Source: Heptranchias perlo
Lineage: Eukaryota
Direction: 5' to 3'
DNA length: 64,000 nt
Assembly: GCF_035084215.1 (NCBI RefSeq)
Contig: NC_090326.1
Coordinates: forward strand, 2,232,001-2,296,000
In this document: piece by piece, positions 59,960-64,000 of the stretch
How positions within the stretch are numbered: position 1 is the stretch's first letter
Layout: every line of letters starts with the position of its first letter
The notes under the pieces: model-generated
Database searches by the model: none
Seen by the model: only the letters and a program-made list of their open reading frames with translations
Told to the model about the DNA's origin: nothing
Translations under genes and position numbers: made by a program

Positions 59960-62770
59960 GATATCTCTGTACCTATAAATTCTCTTACTCTCTGCACAGG
60001 TATTTAAAGTGTATTGTAGGACCGTGTGTGTGTGTCTCTGTATCGTTAAACTCTTTGCCTCACTGCACAGCTATTTCAAGTGTATTGTAGGACGGTGTGT
60101 GTGTCTCTGTACCTTTAAACTCTCTGTCTCAAAGAACAAGTATTTAAAGTGTATTGCAGGACGCTTTGCGTTTGTGGCTGTGTGTCTTCTAACTCTCCTC
60201 CTCGCTGCACAGGAAATTAAGGTGCATAGCAGGACGATAGGTTTGTGTCTCTGTAACTTGAAACTCTCTGCCCCACTGCATAGTTATGTCAAATGTATTG
60301 TCGTACCAACGTGTGTCTCTGTTGCTTTGAACTATCTCACTGCATAGGTATTTAAAATGTTTTATCGGACGGTGTGTGAGTGACTCTTCACCTACAAGCA
60401 CTCTGTCTCACTGCAAAGATATTTAAAGCGTATTGTAGGATGGTGTGTGTGTCTCTGCACCTTTAAACTCTCTGTCTCACTGCACAGGTATTTAAAATAT
60501 ATTGTAGGAGCGTCTGTGTGTCTGTCCCTGTAACTTAAAACTCTCTGTCTCATTGCACAGTTAAGTAAAGTGTATTGTAGGACGGTGTGTGTGTGTATCT
60601 CCGTACCTTTACACTTTCTGTCTCGCTGCACAGATATTTAATATGTATTGTAGAATTGAGTGTTTGTGTCTCTTTCCCATTAACCTCTCTGTCTCACTGC
60701 ACAGGTATTTCTAGTGCATTGTAGGATGGTGTGTTTGTGTCGCTTTATCTTTAAAATCTTTGCCTCACTGCACAGGTATTTAAAGTGTATTGTAGGTCGG
60801 TGTGTGTGTGTGCCTCTGTATCTTTAAAATCTTTCCCTCACTGCACAGGTACTTCAAGTGTATTGTTTGTCTCTGAAACTTGGAAATCTCTGTCTCACAG
60901 CACAGTTATATAATATGCATTGTCGGACTGTGTGAACGTCTGTAAAACTCTCTGTCTCACTGCCCAGGTGTTTAAAGTATATTGTAGGTTGTTGTGTTTA
61001 TGTTGCTGCAAAATAAAACACTCTGGCTCACTGCGCAGGTAATTAAAGTGTATTGTAGGACAGTGTGTACCTCTGTACCTTTAAAATCTGTCTCACAGCA
61101 CATGTATTTAAAGTGTATTTTAGGACGCTTTGTATGTGTGTCTGTGTATCTTCAAACTATCCTTCGCACTGCACAGGTATTTAAAGTGCATAGTAGGATG
61201 GTAGGTGTGTGTATCTGTAAGTTTAAACTCTCTGTCTCACTGCATTGGTAAGTAAAATGTACTTCAGCACCATGCGTGTGTCTCTGTTGCTTTAAACTCT
61301 GTCTCACTGCACAGGTATTTAAAGTGTGTTCCAGGAAGGTGTGTTAGTGTCGCTGTATCGTTAATCTCTTTGCCTCACTGCACAGGTATTTAAAGCGTAT
61401 TGTAGGATGGTGTTTGTGACTGTCCACCTTTGAAATCTCTGTCTCACTGCACAGGCATTTAAAGTTTATTGCAGGTCTGTGTGTTTCTCTGTATATTTAA
61501 ACAATTTGTCTCACTGCATAGGTATTTAAAATGTATTATAGGAAGGCGTGTGTGTCGGTCCCGATAACTGAAAACTCTCTGTCTCATAGCACAAGTATTT
61601 AAACTGTGTTGTAGGACGGTCTGTCTGTGTGTTTGCATAACTTCAAACTCTCCTCCTCAATGCACAGGCATTTAAAGTGTATAGTACGATGGTAGATGTG
61701 TATCTCTGTAACTTTAAACTCTCTGTCTCACTGCATAGATATTTAAAATGTATTGTAGCACGGTGCATGTGTCTCTGTTGTTTTAAACTCTGCCTCGCTG
61801 CACAGGTATTTAATATGATTTATAGCACGCTGTGTGAGTGACTCTTTACCTGCAAACACTCTGTCTCACTGCAAATATATTTAAAGCTTATTGTGGGGTC
61901 GTGTATGTGTATGTCCCTACCTTTAAACTGTCTGTCTAACTGCACAGGTATTTAAAGTTGTATTGTAGAATCTTGTGTATATGTCGCTGTACCTTTAAAC
62001 TCTGGCTCACTGCACAGGTATTTAAAGTGTATTGTAGGACTGTGTGTTTGTTTCTCTGTACCAGTAAATTCTCTGTCTCACTGCACAGGTGTTGGAAGTG
62101 TATTTTAGGATGGTATGTTTGTGTCGCTGTATCTTTAAACTATTTGCCTTGGTGCACAGGTATTTAAAATCTATTATAGGACGATGTGTGTGTCCGTCTC
62201 TGTACCTTTGAACTCTCTGTCCCACCGCAAAGGTATTTAAAGTGTATTGTAGGACGGTGTGTGTGTTTCTGTGTGTCTTCAAACTATCCTTCTCACTGCA
62301 CTGGTATTTAAAGTCTATAGTACGATGGTAGGTATGTATCTCTGTGCCTTTAATCTCTCTGTCCCAATGCACAGCTTTTTAAATTGCATTGTGAGACGGT
62401 GTGCGTGCATCTTTGTACTTTAAACTCTCTGTTTCACTCTACATGAATTTAAAGTGTATTGTAGAATGGTGTCTGTGTACCTCTGCACATTTAAACTCTC
62501 TGTCTCACTGCATAGGTATTTAAAGTGTATTGGAGGACGGTGTGTGCTTTTCTATGTAGCTTTAACCTCTCTGTCTCACTGCACAGGTATTTAGAGTGTA
62601 TTGTAGGACGGGGTGTGTCTGTGCCTGTACCTTTGAACATGCCGTGTAACCGTACAGGTATTTAAAGTATATTGTCGGATGGTGCGTGTGTTTATTTGTA
62701 CCTTTAAACTCTCTCTCACTACAAAAGTATTTAAAGTGTATTTAGGATGGTGTGTCTGTATCTCCGTACC
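59960..62770. repeat. ~70-bp tandem satellite, about 40 diverged copies
   Basis: Consensus tgcacaggtatttaaagtgtattgtaggacggtgtgtgtgtctctgtacctttaaactctctgtctcac; length varies in the (TG)n part. Confidence 0.95.
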
Positions 62771-62774
62771 ATCA

Positions 62775-63060
62775 AACGTGTGTGTCTCAGTGTCAGCTCC
62801 CGTACCTATACAGTACACATCGTATCAAAGGGAATGATTTTTGCCCGTCTGGTCTTTTAGGGCCCTTGTGTCTCAGAGTCAGCTCCTGAGTAAAATGGAA
62901 CGCTTCACACCCATCTGGCACTGTACGATCCGTGTGTGTCTCAGGGTCAGCTCCTGTATATGTACAGTACACAGCTGGTAAAAGGGAGCGATTCACTCCC
63001 GTCTGGTGCTGTGCGGCCCGTGTGTGCCTCAGTGTCAGCTCCTGTACACGAACAGCACAC
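62775..63060. repeat. Four diverged units containing tgtgtctcag(t/a/g)gtcagctcc
   Basis: Core at ~62781, 62867, 62935 and 63022. Confidence 0.7.
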
Positions 63061-63064
63061 AGTT

Positions 63065-63540
63065 AGAATGAGACCGAGATAGACAGACAACGAGAAAGAG
63101 ATAAAGAGAGAAAGTGACAGAGATGGAGGAGAGACAAAAACTGAGAGAGAGAGAATGAGACTGCAAAAGAAAGAGGAAATGAGAAAGAGATACAGACAGA
63201 GTGAGTATGGGAGATAGACAGACTGAGGGAAAGAGAGAAAGTGAAAGAGAGACAATGAGGCACAGTGTGAGAGCAAGTGAGACAGAGTGAGTGAACGAGG
63301 TACAGAGCAGGACACACAGCGAGAAACACAGAGAGAGATAGATAATGGCTGAGGATGAGAGAGAGAGAGAAGAGCAGAGAAGGAGGCAAAGAGTCAAAGA
63401 AAAGAGAGAAAGAGAAAGAAAGTCAGAGGGAGAGAGAAACAGAGAGAGGGAAACAATGAGAAACAGAGCAGGACCGAATGAGACCGAGGATCAAAGAGAG
63501 AGAAAGAGACTGAAACAGAAACAGAGAAATGGACCGATAC
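63065..63540. repeat. GA-rich low-complexity tract
   Basis: gaga/gaca repeats. Confidence 0.85.
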
Positions 63541-63689
63541 AAACTCAGATCGCAGATTGGTCGGGTGTGCAGATTGGAGGATGAAGGATAGAGTTTCGAG
63601 AAACCTTTGTTCAATGCTTTAAACTAAAACAACAGGTTTTAAAGTAACGATGAGATCTGCACCTGTATTCTAATTGTGCAATTTCTGAT

Positions 63690-64000
63690 CTGGCAGATGC
63701 AATTTAATGCGAATAAGTGTGAAGTGATGCACTTTGGGAGGAACAACATGGAGAGACAGTATAATCAAAATGGTACTAATTTGAGGGAGGTGGCAGGGTA
63801 GAGGGACCTGGGGGTGCATATTCACAAATCTTTGAAGGTGGGTGGGCAAGGTGATAAGCGGGTAATAAAGCGACTGGGAAACTGGGCTTTGTAAAAAAGA
63901 GCATTGAATACAAAAACAAGTAAGTCATGTTAAACCTTTACAAATTACTGGTTCGGCCTCAGCTCGAGTATTGTGTGCATTTCTGGGCACCACACTTTAG
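63690..64000 (+). mobile_element. CR1 RT fragment running off the window
   Basis: tggcagatgcaatttaatgcgaataagtgtgaagtgatgcactttggg ... cagctcgagtattgtgtgcatttctgggcacc. Confidence 0.88.

Overview
Repeat-dominated vertebrate genomic DNA. The repeat families (CR1-type LINEs with (TATGTTCC/TTCTATGA)n tails, Deu-domain SacSINE-like SINEs, a Penelope GIY-YIG remnant) and the gene family point to a cartilaginous fish, probably a shark. The only host-gene material I can support belongs to the expanded GPR139/GPR142-like class A GPCR family. One is a two-exon gene on the minus strand (exon 1 10373-10442, exon 2 5521-6425) that is intact except for one in-frame TAG. The other is an orphan, divergently oriented exon 1 at 46550-46646. 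Both are preceded by the same ~25-bp upstream motif and a TATA-like box at equivalent positions. Between them lie a 41-bp tandem array, a 43-bp array whose unit carries the PBX-MEIS/PREP decamer and which is split by a full-length CR1, and a decayed endogenous retrovirus (28475-34629). The provirus has paired LTRs, a candidate PBS, RT YVDD, a gypsy-like tether plus a second retroviral-type RNase H, and a signal-peptide ORF remnant, and the ORF track largely misses it. A ~1.8-kb direct repeat with LTR-like ends sits at 49-1880 and 52518-54330, and a ~70-bp array lies near the window end. No intact protein-coding gene, rRNA, tRNA or CRISPR array was found. Repeat boundaries and identities are by-eye estimates.
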